Shown here piece after piece: positions 13,657 through 26,769 of a stretch of 64,000 nt of DNA. Made by a program: the position numbers and the translations under genes. Origin of the DNA: Lepidodermella squamata (Eukaryota > Animalia > Gastrotricha); NCBI GenBank assembly GCA_047495785.1, contig JBLDXI010000028.1, positions 124,001-188,000 of the forward strand, in the 5' to 3' direction. Each line of letters starts with the position of its first letter. Within the stretch, counting starts at the first letter, position 1. The notes below the pieces were generated by a model. That model made no database searches. It worked only from the letters and a program-made list of their open reading frames with translations, and was not told the DNA's origin.

Positions 13657-15366
13657 GCTGAAACTACCTGCGCACCGACACCAATCACGTGCAGTAGATC
13701 ACTTATTTATAGATATTGTAGTTACGAACTATAAGAAAATGACAAATCGGGGCCGAGCCTCGACTCGATAGTTTTTGTAGTTAACAACAAGCCAAGTGAT
13801 CTATTCTTGCAGTGTTTGGTGTCGCCCAACATTTTGTATTATTGAAGAACGTCCGACTGTTATTTCTACGTTATGAAGAACTTGAAAAAAATTATAAAAT
13901 GCTGATGATCGTTTTCGTATAAAAAAAAAGGATTGTACTCGAAAGGAAACACACTTTTTCTGACGGTGATGCACGCTTATATTGTAATTATCTTGAAATT
14001 ATTGTTATTAATATACCTAGCGCAATACTGTTTGTTTTATTACGCTCCTTCGACGACGATGTGACGAAGCTTCTGATGGACTGAATGTTGAATGATGATG
14101 ACGAGACGAAATCTAGCGCAGGGTTTGCGCGTCGGCGCCTCGCCCGGCTGAGGCGCGCACAACGACAAGCAAACGAAAGTACCTGTGATAAAATGACTAT
14201 TCTTCTAATAATAATAACTACTGCTACACTTCCACTACGCGCCTGCGTTGTTATCGTTGCGGGAATAATCACAATTAAAAATTCGAGTCTATTTTTGCTC
14301 GACGATCGACCACTCTACCTACGATGGTGCTAACTCTGTGTCTGTACCAGGCTGGCAAACTTCGCCTCAGGCCAACGATGAACGTGTGTAAAAAATGATA
14401 ATTCTTGATGTTTTCTTTTTCTATCTTTATTTTGTTAATATGTTGATCCTGTTGCTAATCAAACTGTAGAAAAATTACCAATTTATATTTATCGATTCTA
14501 CATTTTTATTTCAGCAACGTCCGCACTCACCGCTTCGATTTATGAGGAGTTTGATGTCGATGAAGTATGACGATGAGATTTAAGTTCCTACTATATGAAA
14601 AACAAAAGTTTACTACGCAAGATTCTCTCCCTCTCGAACACACCGGACTTTCTGATGTCTCTTTTTTTATAGTATGTGCCATCATCTAATTTTGGCTATA
14701 AGCTGCAAAATTTACGTTGTTACACGCCTCGCGATCATGTGCTCCTTGAACTTATTCTTCTTTCTATCTTTCTTCGTCTCTTTTTCTTTCTCATGCATCA
14801 TTCAATCTGCTTAGCACAAGTTTGACAATGATGATTCCGAATCAATTTGGTCACGCTCTACTTGTTAAAAAAAACACTTCCTACTCGACTTCACAAGAAA
14901 CAAAAATCACATTCACATTTATGTTGCAAACAATAACAGATAACACGGATTGGTCTCACTTATCGGATATAGATAGGCTTCCATTTCCGTCTTCCACGCG
15001 CGCTTCGATTGAATCGTATCGACTCATGAAAACGTGAAACACTTTGAAACTCCATTGAACTGCCGCCGTCGTCCAAATACGCAGTAATAAACACTGCAAA
15101 CAACGCTAATCGAAATCAACAACGCAACGATAATCAAATTATTCTTGTTCTTGTTTCTAGTGATTCTCTTCTCTATGCTTAGCTCCGGCAATAATTCGCG
15201 AAAGCAGAAGCTGCCTCGTTCATGAAGACGATCATGTAGCAAAACACTGCATGTTTTATGTTGTTCGTGTAGTTTATATCAATTATCTTTATCAAATATT
15301 CAACTCTATAGCGTAATCTTATTGAAAGCTGTAAGTTAAAATTATTTAAAAAAGACGACGTTTAAT

Positions 15367-15372
15367 AATAAA
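15367..15372 (+). terminator. Probable polyadenylation signal of fibrillin (~1.7 kb 3'UTR)
   Basis: AATAAA followed by a GT/T-rich downstream element (gtgtggtctttttgctttg). Confidence 0.4.
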
Positions 15373-15582
15373 TTCGTTATTTGACCGTCCATTCGTGTGG
15401 TCTTTTTGCTTTGACAGTTTTTGATGGAACAGCTTGGCCAGATGACAAAAGAGTTTTCATTCCGAGGTCAAAACCGTTACCGCCTCAATCTGGCGGCCGG
15501 CTGGGTTCCCAACATACATAATTTAATATGAATTCAATCAACATCTAGCGGCCGGAATAACATCAAGAGAATGGAGCCAGGT

Positions 15583-15645
15583 AGCTAAACCTAAACTTCG
15601 GCTAAACACTGGCTAAACACTCGGCTAAACACTGGCTAAACTTCG
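15583..15645. repeat. Minisatellite, unit ~GGCTAAACACT, 5-6 imperfect copies
   Basis: gctaaacctaaacttcggctaaacactggctaaacactcggctaaacactggctaaacttcg. Confidence 0.75.
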
Positions 15646-17206
15646 TTTTCCCCGGCAGTGCGCCAGGCCTCAGCAGTGCGAAACAGGCCAATAGTCCATC
15701 TCCCACTAACCTACTGGGGCATTTGGCTCAGGAGCCACGCCGATCGGACCAATCAAGTGCAGTCCCTAAAGCGTCACGCGTGACGGAATATCAAGGAAGG
15801 ACCGGCGGGATCATCATGTGTGCCAAGTGGGACCCGCTTAACCGCCCGCCGTCTCCACCCACACCCAGACCGACCCCGCCAGTGGAATTCCAGCTATTCT
15901 GATTCTTAAATTTCCAAATTTTGAGTGATGGCAACTTGGATTTCATTTAGAAATCCAGGTTACCACCCGACCCGTGTTGAAACGGCAGAGAAATTTCCCA
16001 GAAGCTTTGCTTAATCCATCTCGCGCCGAGCCGGAACATGAACTGTTCGTAGTGTCCATTCCGAAGAATTATTGATGAAAACGAAGCTATCCATATGATT
16101 GTTCGACAGTTATCATTCAAGCAAGAATTTCTAGTCGGTGACATTTTTTATCGATCAGATTTTTTATCAATTTGAGATCAGTTAACATATGGAATTTCAT
16201 TATCTGCCAACTTTGCCAAACAGAACCTGAACACAAGCATCCGCTATATGATGCTAATCCAATCTGGTTTTACTGAGTAACTTGTGCTGAGAAAGTGCTC
16301 AATGGCGAGATTTTGGTAGTAGTATCGCCCAAATCAGATGCATTTTATGCTTTAACAATTTAATATACTGAATACCTTGCTAGACCTTGTGAGTGACGTT
16401 GCTCTCGTCGGCTTGATTCCGTCGTTTGCTCATTTTTTCATGATAATCCGACAAGCAACTGGCAGTTAACCAGCAGTAAAGTGTCGATCACAAGGGACCA
16501 AACAGTAAATAAGAGAAAAAGACCAAACCGGCGCACCACGGATGAAATAAGCAGAGCGAAACAGCGAATCCGCGGCGTTGATCTGCTTGAAATTTTGACG
16601 AGATTCAATGCGGCAAATTTTTTAAAAGGAGCTATCTGAAAAATATATTTATTTGTATGCATATTGCTTTTGTTAATGAAAATGGCATAAGTGGTAAATG
16701 CTATAGAATATTACGTAATCAAGTCACCTGGGTAAAAGGGGTCCCGAATCAGTTTTCAGCCCGTAGGACCATCAGCTCCTCAGAAGGCCGAAGGCTCCTG
16801 ACGCCTATTGACGCCTGATGACTGATGAGATGCTGGGAAGATAAGCAAGCCGCAAGCCGCCAGCGTCGACTGATGCTTCTTTCAGTCGACAAGCTGTTAG
16901 GACAAAGAACGAATCTCAAATCGCTGATTTTTTGCTCTCAAGTTACCGCGTCCCGCCCTCGCATTTCTTTTCTAGAACTTAACCAGTATCCAATATCCAA
17001 TATCTGTATGTCCATAGTCCATACTTCACATTTTTGAACCGTTTCCTTCACCTGCTTTCTTCATTATATTCATTAATGTTGGAAGTGTGGTGCGGACGCT
17101 TGAAAGCAGAAAATTATGCGTGATGTGCGATGTGCGTTATGTTCTAACATCTAAGTTACCAACTGCCTATGCTATCTATAGAGATTACTTTGAGACGAAA
17201 AAAGCT

Positions 17207-20200
17207 ATGTCGAATCAGTCGGGTGATTCGACTGCTTTGTCATCAGACTATTACGCCTTCGAGAGGCTTTACTTGATGGCTTATTCTGGAGATTACACCC
17301 AGGTAATAACTTCTCCGATCAGAATTCTTGATGCTAATCCAGCAATATTCTCATAGATGAAAATGTTCCTACGAAAGTACCAAAAAGAAGCAATATCGTC
17401 TATCGTCAATACTTTGGCAGTAGTTCAAATACCTGGTCATGCTCCACTGACATCAACAGCTCTTCTAGCAGCTTGTCGAAATGGACATTACCAGATAGCG
17501 TGCCATTTAGTCAAAGACTGTGGTGCCGATGTCTCCATTTGCGGCGCTGTCATGTTTGATAACGAAATTATCGAAGGCTCTCCGCCCCTTTGGGTCGCAG
17601 CAGCTGCAGGTCATAAAGACATTGTTGAATTTTTACTGGCGAACGGCGCTCTTGTGAATGCGACAACCAAGTCGAATTCGACCCCGCTCAGGGCGGCGTG
17701 CTATGATGGCCACGTTTCGATTGTGAAACTGCTAGTTCGGCACGGCGCTGATATCGAGATTGCGAATCGGCATGGTCACACATCGCTGATGATCGCATGC
17801 TACCGTGGACATATCGAAGTTGTGCGGTATCTTCTCGAAAAACACGCTCAGGTACAGTGAATCCCCTTGCACTCCTTCAACTTTATTCATTTTTGCTACT
17901 TTATTCTCAGGTGAATCGAGCTAGCTTGAAGGGAAATACTGCGTTGCATGACGCAAGCGAAGCTGGTCATGTTGAGATAATCAAGTTGCTACTGCAGCAT
18001 GGTGCCTATATGCAGGCGGATGAGAACAACGTTACGCCAATTCTAGCAGCAGCTTTGTGCATGAATCGCGACATTGTCAATTTGTTGGCTCAAAATTCGG
18101 CCGGGCGGTATACTGCGGCTGGCGCCGATGCATTCGAACTCCTCGGTGCGACAGTGGTCTGCAAAAACAGCAATCTATCGCTTGGCGTACGCTACTGGCG
18201 CATTGCTCAGTCGATTCGCAATTCAGATCCAGTAAGTTGAATTTGCTTCACCTCATGTCTACATTACCTTATTCTTCGGAAAGATGTTGAACCATAGATT
18301 GCACATTTACTGTTTGACGACCTTTATCTCATGCCATGAAACAGTTTCTTATAATTTGAAATTAATATAAACTTGAATGCGTGCCAACAAGACAACCTCA
18401 TTCTTTTCGCCCATTCAATTCATAGAGCTGAATGCACTTTAAATCTCAGCGTGCCACTTTGAATGAATTAGCAAGTTGAGTCATAGATAAAATAGGTCGG
18501 TTATAATTGACAAAGTCCGATGTCTGATTATCGTAAAAATGATTGAAAAATCAGTTGCTACTTGGTATTTTATTTTGGCTGAAACGTAAATTCTTCTCGA
18601 ATAACTCATGTTGACCTAATTTTAGGCGTTGACGAAAGACGTGGCGGATGTTGAACCGGTTGACGCCTACGACAAGCTGATCGAATTTCGATCGATGGAA
18701 GAACTCGAAGCGCTGTCTGTCGAGCCATACGCCGTACACCTGACAGCGCTGCTCATTTACGAGCGCGTTCTCGGCAAAAAACACCCGGATACGTACTACT
18801 ACATCCGGTACCGGGGCGCCGTTCTGGCGGATGGCGGCGACTACCACCGGTGTTTGGTTTTCTGGCTGCGCGCCCTCGACCTGCAATCGGCGCACCTGGA
18901 ACCTCTCTGCGTGCTGACGCAGAACAACTTTGTGTCGTTTGTTGAACTGTTTTCGCATATTAAGCGGTTTGTTCCTGAACTTCTTCCAGTCGCTGGTCCA
19001 CTTATAAGCCAGGTAACGACCGCTTTTAACAAATGTTGCTTTAGCTTTTCTCCCAATCGAATCTGGAGAAATGTGAGAGTTTTTAGTCTGCTAGGAAAAA
19101 GCCAATTAAAAAGCTTCACATATTTACGTAAAACGTCGCTGAAATGGAAAATCCTAGGTTGAAGGCGGGGAGGGGCATCATTGTCATTGATCAAGAAATG
19201 GAAAAGAATGAATCGCATACATTTACCGTTGAGAAAATGTAGACCCATCCTTGTCAATTTTACCTTTGCTGGCTTTTTAGATTATACTCTCTAAACACGA
19301 ATTTTCGTGATCAAAAAGTCATTAATTTGTCTGTGTAATTGGGTCATGTCCAAGTGCTATTCGTGTCACAATTGAGTAGTGATCGTTGATGCGATGAATT
19401 GATGTTGACATGAATGGCAATTATCAACGTCCGGAAAGACGTCAAGTTTGGCTTATTACCCCGTCACTCGGGCGTGGCTCTTATCAGCGTAGGCCGATAG
19501 TAACTACCTATTTACGTGTTGATACCTTTTCCAAGTTGTCTTGCTGCCAAAATCTATAGATCTCATGAATGAATGTAAACAAATAGATATTTCTGCTAAA
19601 TCTTGTCGATTGAGAATTTAGTCGTATGCCAATTAAAAAGAGCAGCGCTTAAAAGAAAGAGTTGTTAATAAATTTGATTAAATGAGTTGATGATTAACAC
19701 TCATTTATTGGTTTAGGTTTTCGAACGGCTGGTGTCTCAAATGCGGCGATTTGTCGAACGGCCGGCGACTTCGCTGCCGAAAACGTGCTCATGCGAGCAG
19801 GAGAGCGACGACGACTCGCCGTTGTTACGCTGCTACAACGTCGCGCTGCACTTGCTGTCGCTGCTCGCCGAAACTTCGCCATCCATCACAGCAACAGCAG
19901 CAGCTGGAGGAAGTGGAGGTGGAGGCGGGTTGTTGGATCGGCGTAAGTTGTGCAGTTACATCGAGCAGCTGCATGGGTTTGCGCTGCCGAACGGCTTCAA
20001 CATCCTGCACGCCGTGTGCCACGACCAGTCGGTGTACGACGACTTCGACATCTCGCAGCCGCCCATCGCCACGTCAGTCAACAGGCCGCTGCTCCTAGAT
20101 CTTGCCTTCGAAGCCCTAGGTATGTCATACTAGTGCCTTGACTATCGTTGTATCCTATTCCAGTAAAATTAGAAGGTTTTTTGGTTAATTTTGTTGCCAG

Positions 20201-21407
20201 CGGTAATACTTAGGGGCGTAACGAACGAAAGTGCGTGGTGACTAAAAATCAGTAGAAATTGGCGTGTTCATGTTTGTTGCACTCAGCTTTATACGCATTC
20301 CGACCAGCATCAGCAGCAGCATTGCTGTTCACAGATCCGTCAGCTCGAGGAGCCTTGCGAGACGCCTGAGAACGTGTCGCGTACGCAATTCGATCGATGG
20401 ATTTTCGCTTCGTTTGCTATGTTACTTGAAACCAGCAGCAGGTTGCCGCATTCTTCACGTGCGATCAGGCGATAACACGGCCCTGAGGAAACATGAGGAA
20501 AATAGTTTCGCTTGTTGTCGGGCATGCCTGCGCTAACGTCGCAGTTTTGAATTTGATGAACGTGTCCGAAATGCACATTTTCATAAATATCTTTCGAATT
20601 GAAAAACAGCTGAGGCTTTCCGTTGTCGCAGAATACAAAGTTCGTGGCGAATTTATGTTTCATACCATATCTGAGGGCATTCATCCGGCCGAGGAATCTC
20701 AGCACTATTTCATCTGCCGTTCGACATCAGGCATAATCAGCATTTCGGGAGTTACATCGTCCCGGTAGCCTTTCCGTTTTTCATAAGACTGAATTGATTT
20801 TGAAAAATTAAAATGTATTTATTACGAATAGAAACTGAAAATCGATAAAATTGTTGTATGCATTTTCTGTTACTTATTAGGAATCGGCCAACGGCACAAC
20901 GCGGCCGAATCGTTCGAATGCGACGACCCGGCCGAGGTGATCGCGCGGCTAAGGCGGCGGCACGCGCTGCTGAACGCCGGCGACGTGTCGGCCTCGACGC
21001 CGCTGCACTACGCGGCGACGCTGCGCCAGCCGGGCATCGTGCGGCGGCTGCTCGAGGCCGGCGCCGTCGCCTCGCCCGTCAACACGCTGCTCGAGACGCC
21101 GCTGCACCTCGCCGCCATCGCGTGCTGCTCCGCCGAACCGCTGTGCTGCCCGGAGCCGCTGCGCCTGCTGCTCGCCGCCGGCGCCCACCCCGACTCGGCG
21201 AACCTGAGCGGCCGCGCGCCCGCCGAGCTGCTCGCCTCGGACGACTGCGCGTCGCTGCGCATGTTCCTGAAGCCGGCGCGCCTCTCCTGCCTCGCCGCCC
21301 GCGTCGTTTCGCGGTCGCCGGGCGCGCTCGCGGCGGCGCAGCGCCTCCTCGGCTCCAACTCGTCGCTTCCATGCCGGGCCGCGCTCTCGCTCGTCAAACT
21401 TCACTAG
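17207..21407 (+). CDS. fem-1: Protein fem-1 homolog (ankyrin-repeat CRL2 substrate receptor), ~742 aa; exons 17207-17302, 17357-17851, 17911-18231, 18626-19012, 19717-20119, 20881-21407
   Basis: IEGSPPLWVAAAAGH, NSTPLRAACYDGH, NRHGHTSLMIACYRGH ankyrin repeats; HPDTYYYIRYRGAVLAD FEM1 motif; C-terminal ankyrins and VHL/BC-box-like LSCLAARVV. Splice phases are consistent. Confidence 0.93.
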
Positions 21408-22236
21408 CTTTGATGGTGGTACAAGTGAATCTTATCGGTCGATTGATTTTTTCGATAATTAGAAAATCGTTATTTTTATCGATTATCGGTACTAGAAATC
21501 GATCGCCCGAGTCTGAAAGCCATTTTTGTCGTTTGTTTTTTCTCGAATTGTGATATCATCGCCTGGCGGTTTAATGCGAATGAATGAATGAATGATAGAG
21601 CTGTGTCCAAATGGAATATATAATACGTAATGATGATCCCTTGCTACCCCGTCCTTCGGAATAACTTTTTCTACTAACAACAACTCACTTGGTACTTCAC
21701 TCTTATATTAAATGATACAATGTACAGGTACGTAACAAATGATGATAATATAAATGATGTCGAAGGTGATGTGGTGATTCGACCGGATTGTTGATGGCTA
21801 TTAATTATATATAATTATACCGTACTAATAAAGATGATAACTAATTATCACTGTGCAAAAGAGCTGATTGATTTTTATTACTTATTATTATTGTTATTAT
21901 CCAAAGATGAAGATCAGAAATAAAAGACGCTGAATGCAGTCAAAAGTCGCGTGCCTTTTTTCATCGTTTTATTTTCTCAATAGAAGCCTTATATTAGAAA
22001 ATTATCTGCCCGTGGTTAGTCGAGTTTCCGGCCAAGGACGAAATAAGCAGAACAAAACACCTTAACTGTATCCTTTATTCATGAATTCCTAATTTGTTTC
22101 GAAAAAATCACTGATTAGGTAGGGGATAATTACTTGAAACCGTGCGGGAAGTTTGTTTCGATAAATTATTGAATTTCCAGTTTAGAAAGTAATAGTGGTG
22201 ACATTTTGTTCGAATTTAGAGCATTTTCTTAGTTCT

Positions 22237-24017
22237 ATGGCCAGTTCGGGCTTGGAAGCCAAGTTTTACAGGCTTGGCTCAACGTCGCTGCCACTGTATT
22301 GGCTTTTTCTAATACCAGCCGCTCGATATGCTGCCTCTGAGTCTAAATCGCTTGGTAAATAGTTGCGATTGATCGCAAAGTTTGAAAAAACCTATTTTGT
22401 TCGCCAAGGTTTGATTGATTGGAGCCTATTAGGGCTGATCATGTGTTCGATGCCATCGCAGCCGTTGTTGACAACGAGTGCTTTGTACTCGCTCGCCGTG
22501 GCCAACCTAGCGTGGCAGACGCCGATTCAAGCCGTGCTGAAATCCAGCGGCTTTATCGCATTCAGCCTAGCCGCGATTTTGCACGCGCTGAGTCTGTCGA
22601 GACTGGCGCGAACCTTCCGACTGACGTTCACGTGCGTCGAGAGCGTCATCGCGACGCAACTCGTCACGCTGGCCTTCCACGCATCGCTGAAAACACTGCT
22701 CAGCCAGGCGGATCGTAATGTAAAACGGAATTTGAAATGTGAAATTTGCTATATTGCATACTTTTCATAGTTCTGCGAAAGTCTCGGCGAGACATCGCAA
22801 ATCAGCGTCGTCTTATCGGCAAGTTCCTCCGCTGATTTGTCTTATTCAAGTGGAGCGACGGCGTTTTCTATTTTATAGCTCCTTACGGTAGCTGGTTGCG
22901 CCAGCCTTTTCGTGACCATGTTCGATCGACCGCGATTTGTGCCGTACTTCATCAGGATCGCTATTCCAATCGGCGGAGTTGCCCTTGCCTTTGTCACGCT
23001 GCAATTCTCCCGCTACAACTGTTTCCTTATTACGTGGACGTTGAACTACTTCACAACTTGGCAGCAACTGAGGCTGCTCGGTTTTTGGCTCGTTTTGTTC
23101 GCTGTTTCAGCTATTTTGCCGTTTTTTGTCGGCGTAACTCGCCTGCCGACGTCGATTCGACGCAAATTGTACCACGCAGCTATTTTAGCGGTGCTGTGGC
23201 CTGGTTTCGTGGCGAATTATCAGCTGACGCGGCTGGCAGCTGGCGGCACGCTGTTTCTACTCGTTATCGCAGAGGTAAATTATGATGTTTTAATCAAAAG
23301 AAGGAGCGTCGTAATTGTAGGAAATTTTTAGAAAGGAACAATTTTGAAAATTTCAATGCGTTTTTGTTTTTATCTTGTGGGCCTCTAGTTGTTGAAAATG
23401 CGAGGCGTTGCTCCGTTTTCGCAACTTGATGTCCTGTGGAAGGCCTTCACGGATTCGAAAGACACGGGTCTGGTCACCCTGAGCCACATCTACCTGCTGT
23501 TGGGCTGTTCTCTGCCCATCCTGCTGACATCGAACGATTTGAGCAGCCGACTTAGCCTTTACTCCGGCCTGTTGTCCGTTGCGATTGGCGACGCGTTCGC
23601 TGCGATCATCGGTCGCTGGTTTGGCCGTAATTTCTGGCCAGGTCCAAGTTAGTTTTTCGTATTTTCCGAAGGGTCTGATTTGAGTTTTTTCGTGTTTCGC
23701 TCAGATAATAAGCGGACCCTGGAAGGCTCATTTGGCTTTGTGATATCGCAAATCGCGTTTATCGGCCTGTTTCAAGCGACTTGTCAGTTTTCATGAATAT
23801 TTTATTTTTCCTAAAATGTCCCTGATTTCGTATAGCATCTGTGACGTTGCTGCCTCGCTTCCCTGGGCTGAATTTCAAACTTCTCTCAACATTTGTGTTC
23901 TCGGTACCCCTTGCCTTGGTCGCGGCTGTCGAAGCGAACTGTGATCACTTTGACAACATCGTGCTTCCTGCGCTCAGTTTTGGGCTGTTTCGCTTCATTG
24001 AACACTTAGCGGCATGA
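22237..24017 (+). CDS. dolk: Dolichol kinase, ~463 aa; exons 22237-22354, 22409-22719, 22771-22818, 22879-23274, 23389-23647, 23705-23782, 23836-24017
   Basis: Multi-TM protein with RRKLYH, FTDSKDTGLVTLSHIYLLLGCSLP, GLLSVAIGDAFAAIIG..FG..FWP, KRTLEGS and EA..DHFDNIVLP, all DOLK/Sec59 motifs. The 5' exons are less certain. Confidence 0.88.
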
Positions 24018-24457
24018 TGATGCACTGATTAGCTATATTTATTTATTTTTTGTTGATGACGATAATATATTAATAAAATAGCGGCAAAACTTGGCCCACC
24101 TATTTTTTATTGACTCTTGAGTATGTTTACGGTATGCGACCTGTCTATATATGAAAATCAAATTACGCTTTTGAGTATCGCAGATGAGAGGCGCACAAGC
24201 GGCAGGGAGATCAATAGATGCGTCAAAGCATTCGTGTTTTTTCGCATGCTGGAAATTTTGCTGTGCTGAATTATTTATTGCATCACCCGCTGCTGCTGTC
24301 GGATCGATCAGGCAGGTAACAACGGCGCGCAAAAATTGTTTCCTACTTGAGACCTGCGAGCGTGTGTCTTAGTTTTCGAGTCTTACAGCAGCTAGCGCAC
24401 TGAAAACGCTCTGTTGCGTTTTGTATAAAAAACTAGACGAGAAGGCATACATTTAAA

Positions 24458-25295
24458 ATGTCGCTGCTGTTTTCGCGAACGTCGAATCCGTTCATGGCAC
24501 AGGCGTCGAAACGCCTCGCCGTGCACAAACAGCGACGCGAACGCCCGGGCTACATCGACCCCGATAAGGTGAAAACGTGGCATTGGAACTACGCTGGCCA
24601 GTTCTATGTCGTCAAATTTCGTAAGCTCTCGAAATTACACGCTTTTTCAATAATTCAATTCCTATTTCTCATCAGGTACTGATTCCATGCAAGTGTGGGT
24701 TAATGATAAGGAAGTTGAGTTGTCGCCGAGCTTCGCCAAGCACGAAGGTCACATTGAATTTGAGGTGGATCGACAGCACTGTGAAATCCGTGTGGCACTG
24801 GCTCGGGGCGGTTCCGGCTGCCATTCGGCTCGCGACCCTATCGAAGCTGCTGAACGAGGCTCATCTGCACGTCCTCGCCCTAAATCGGCTGCAGCCACTA
24901 AACCGAAACTTGTCTACAAGTTGTTCGTCGAGGGCGTGAGCTTAGGCCTACCTGACTCACTCGAAGCTTTACTGCAACGAGCTGGAACGACTGTCGCCTC
25001 GACGGTTGCGCAGAGAGTGCCTGGGGCTAATGACGAGCAGAAACGCGGCTTGTTAAGTGATGTGAAAAACGACATGGTACAAACGCACGGCGCTTTGGGA
25101 GATTCCGAGGTTACGGCTTCGAGTTTGGCCGGCCAACCACATCAGCCAATCAAAAAAACAAGCGTGTTCTCTGGATTGGGAGCTTGGTTCAGCCTGCGAC
25201 CAGCAGTAGCAACGTCAGCGGGTGACCCCCGGGATGGAAGTGATCACGAAATGACGTCGCTCTCTGGAGATTTGCAGAGTCTTCTCGTTGCTTAA
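24458..25295 (+). CDS. FAIM-like protein (one FAIM C-terminal-type beta-sandwich plus a low-complexity tail), ~260 aa; exons 24458-24620, 24676-25295
   Basis: KTWHWNYAGQFYVVKF|RTDSMQVWVNDKEVELSPSFAKHEGHIEFEVDRQHCEIRV...KLVYKLFVEG resembles the FAIM1 C-terminal domain (TW....GE.FRIVL....MDVWCNGKKLE....F.....ETHF.IG..DCYI...HTLIVD). Confidence 0.7.
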
Positions 25296-25992
25296 CCTGC
25301 TGTTATGAAATAACTATAATGAGCTATAAAAGAACTGCAATCTGATTGAAAAAGCGATTTTTACGTTATCTCGAATAGTTCTTTTTACGAACAGCAAATA
25401 AATGGCCAATTTTGAGAAAATCAAGTAACGACACTATGGACACGGACCTTTAAATATTTGCAGAATTTCCGATATGCTAATTATTTCAGCATCAATGCAA
25501 CTTGAGTTTCCAAATCGTTAGCTACATCTCAGTTCTGGTTCTCCTACTGCACCAGAAATGAGTTGCAGAGTAAATTACTAATACTTATTTAGTTAAATAT
25601 TTTAGTAGACTGGAACACTGCTTCTGCTCATGGAATTTTAGTGCAGAACCTGCTTGCAGTTTTTAATTTCATAAAATTATCTGAACTAACCAGAAAAGTT
25701 TTAACAAAGCAATAGCACGAAAGTTTTATAAAAGGCGATCGAATGAATTTATTTCAACTTTTCAGATAGTTCGACTTTATCTCAACAAAGCATCAAAAAT
25801 CCGATATGAATGCAGCAATGAAAAAATGAATCACATGGATCTCGAAATTGACTTTTGATTAGGTAATTATGCGTACATAGGTATATACAAAGATGTATTT
25901 TTCAAGTGAACCAATTTCGAAGTGAGCTTATTACACAATTCCAAAGCAGATCATAATGACATTTTGCTGAAGCTGAACGATATTTGGAAGCA

Positions 25993-26393
25993 GTAATTCC
26001 TAAATGGGTCAAGCTATTCGTACATAGTTTTGCGCGATTTTTCAGAGTTTTTCAAATGAGTGTGGAAATTCGAGATTTGACGATGATACCATGGAATTTC
26101 ACAGGGAGATGCAGCAAAGTGAGGCCTATCTAGTGGTCAAATTTCGTCAGATTATCTTCCAAAGTACTCACGCTAGGGTCGAGAAAAACAATTCAAATAA
26201 TGATATTTTGCGAATCTACCTTAGGGGGTCCAATGGTGATTTTTTTGAGTGGAGATAGGCCTGATGGTCAGCTATCAGCACGCAAAAAATTAGATTGATG
26301 GGATGAAAATTGAGCAAGCCGTTTATCTTAGAAAAAAGCATATCGAAACTATGTACGAATAGCAATTTTCGCGTACATACTATGTACGAATAG
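25993..26393. mobile_element. Probable MITE remnant bounded by inverted repeats
   Basis: gctattcgtacatagttt (25993) is the exact reverse complement of aaactatgtacgaatagc (~26347). Extra motif copies at ~25871 and ~26380. No TSD resolved. Confidence 0.45.
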
Positions 26394-26769
26394 ACATTCC
26401 GTTCTTAAATTTCGATTTACATTTTGGGCCTTAAATTAGATGTTATCCCTCGCTTCTCTTTTCTGCCAACAATTCTGGGATCCTTTTATAATTATTCGCG
26501 AGAGCAATAGTTATGATCTTGATGGTTGACCTAACGTTTAAAACTACCTTCAATTAATGGGAGAACCTTGTGAGTGGGCGGGAGTATTACTCAACTGTAT
26601 TGTCGGTTCATAGCGGAGCATGGCCATACTAGCAAAAGAGTTATGATACGCCTAGTGGAAATTTGTGACAGACTTTCCCGATTTCTGCAAGTTTGCTTAC
26701 GGGAAAACATGGATGAGCGTGGTATTCCTATCGCCTCCGTATTAGATAATCTTCAAAAGCGCACAACAG

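Noticed and set aside
15583-15645. GGCTAAACACT repeats as a CRISPR array or telomeric tract
   Set aside because: No spacers, eukaryotic context, too short and irregular.
15024-16662. Short minus-strand ORFs with hydrophobic stretches (15024-15242, 16438-16662), one with an in-frame TGA
   Set aside because: No consistent spliced model could be built, the first overlaps the presumed fibrillin 3'UTR, and no SECIS was identified.
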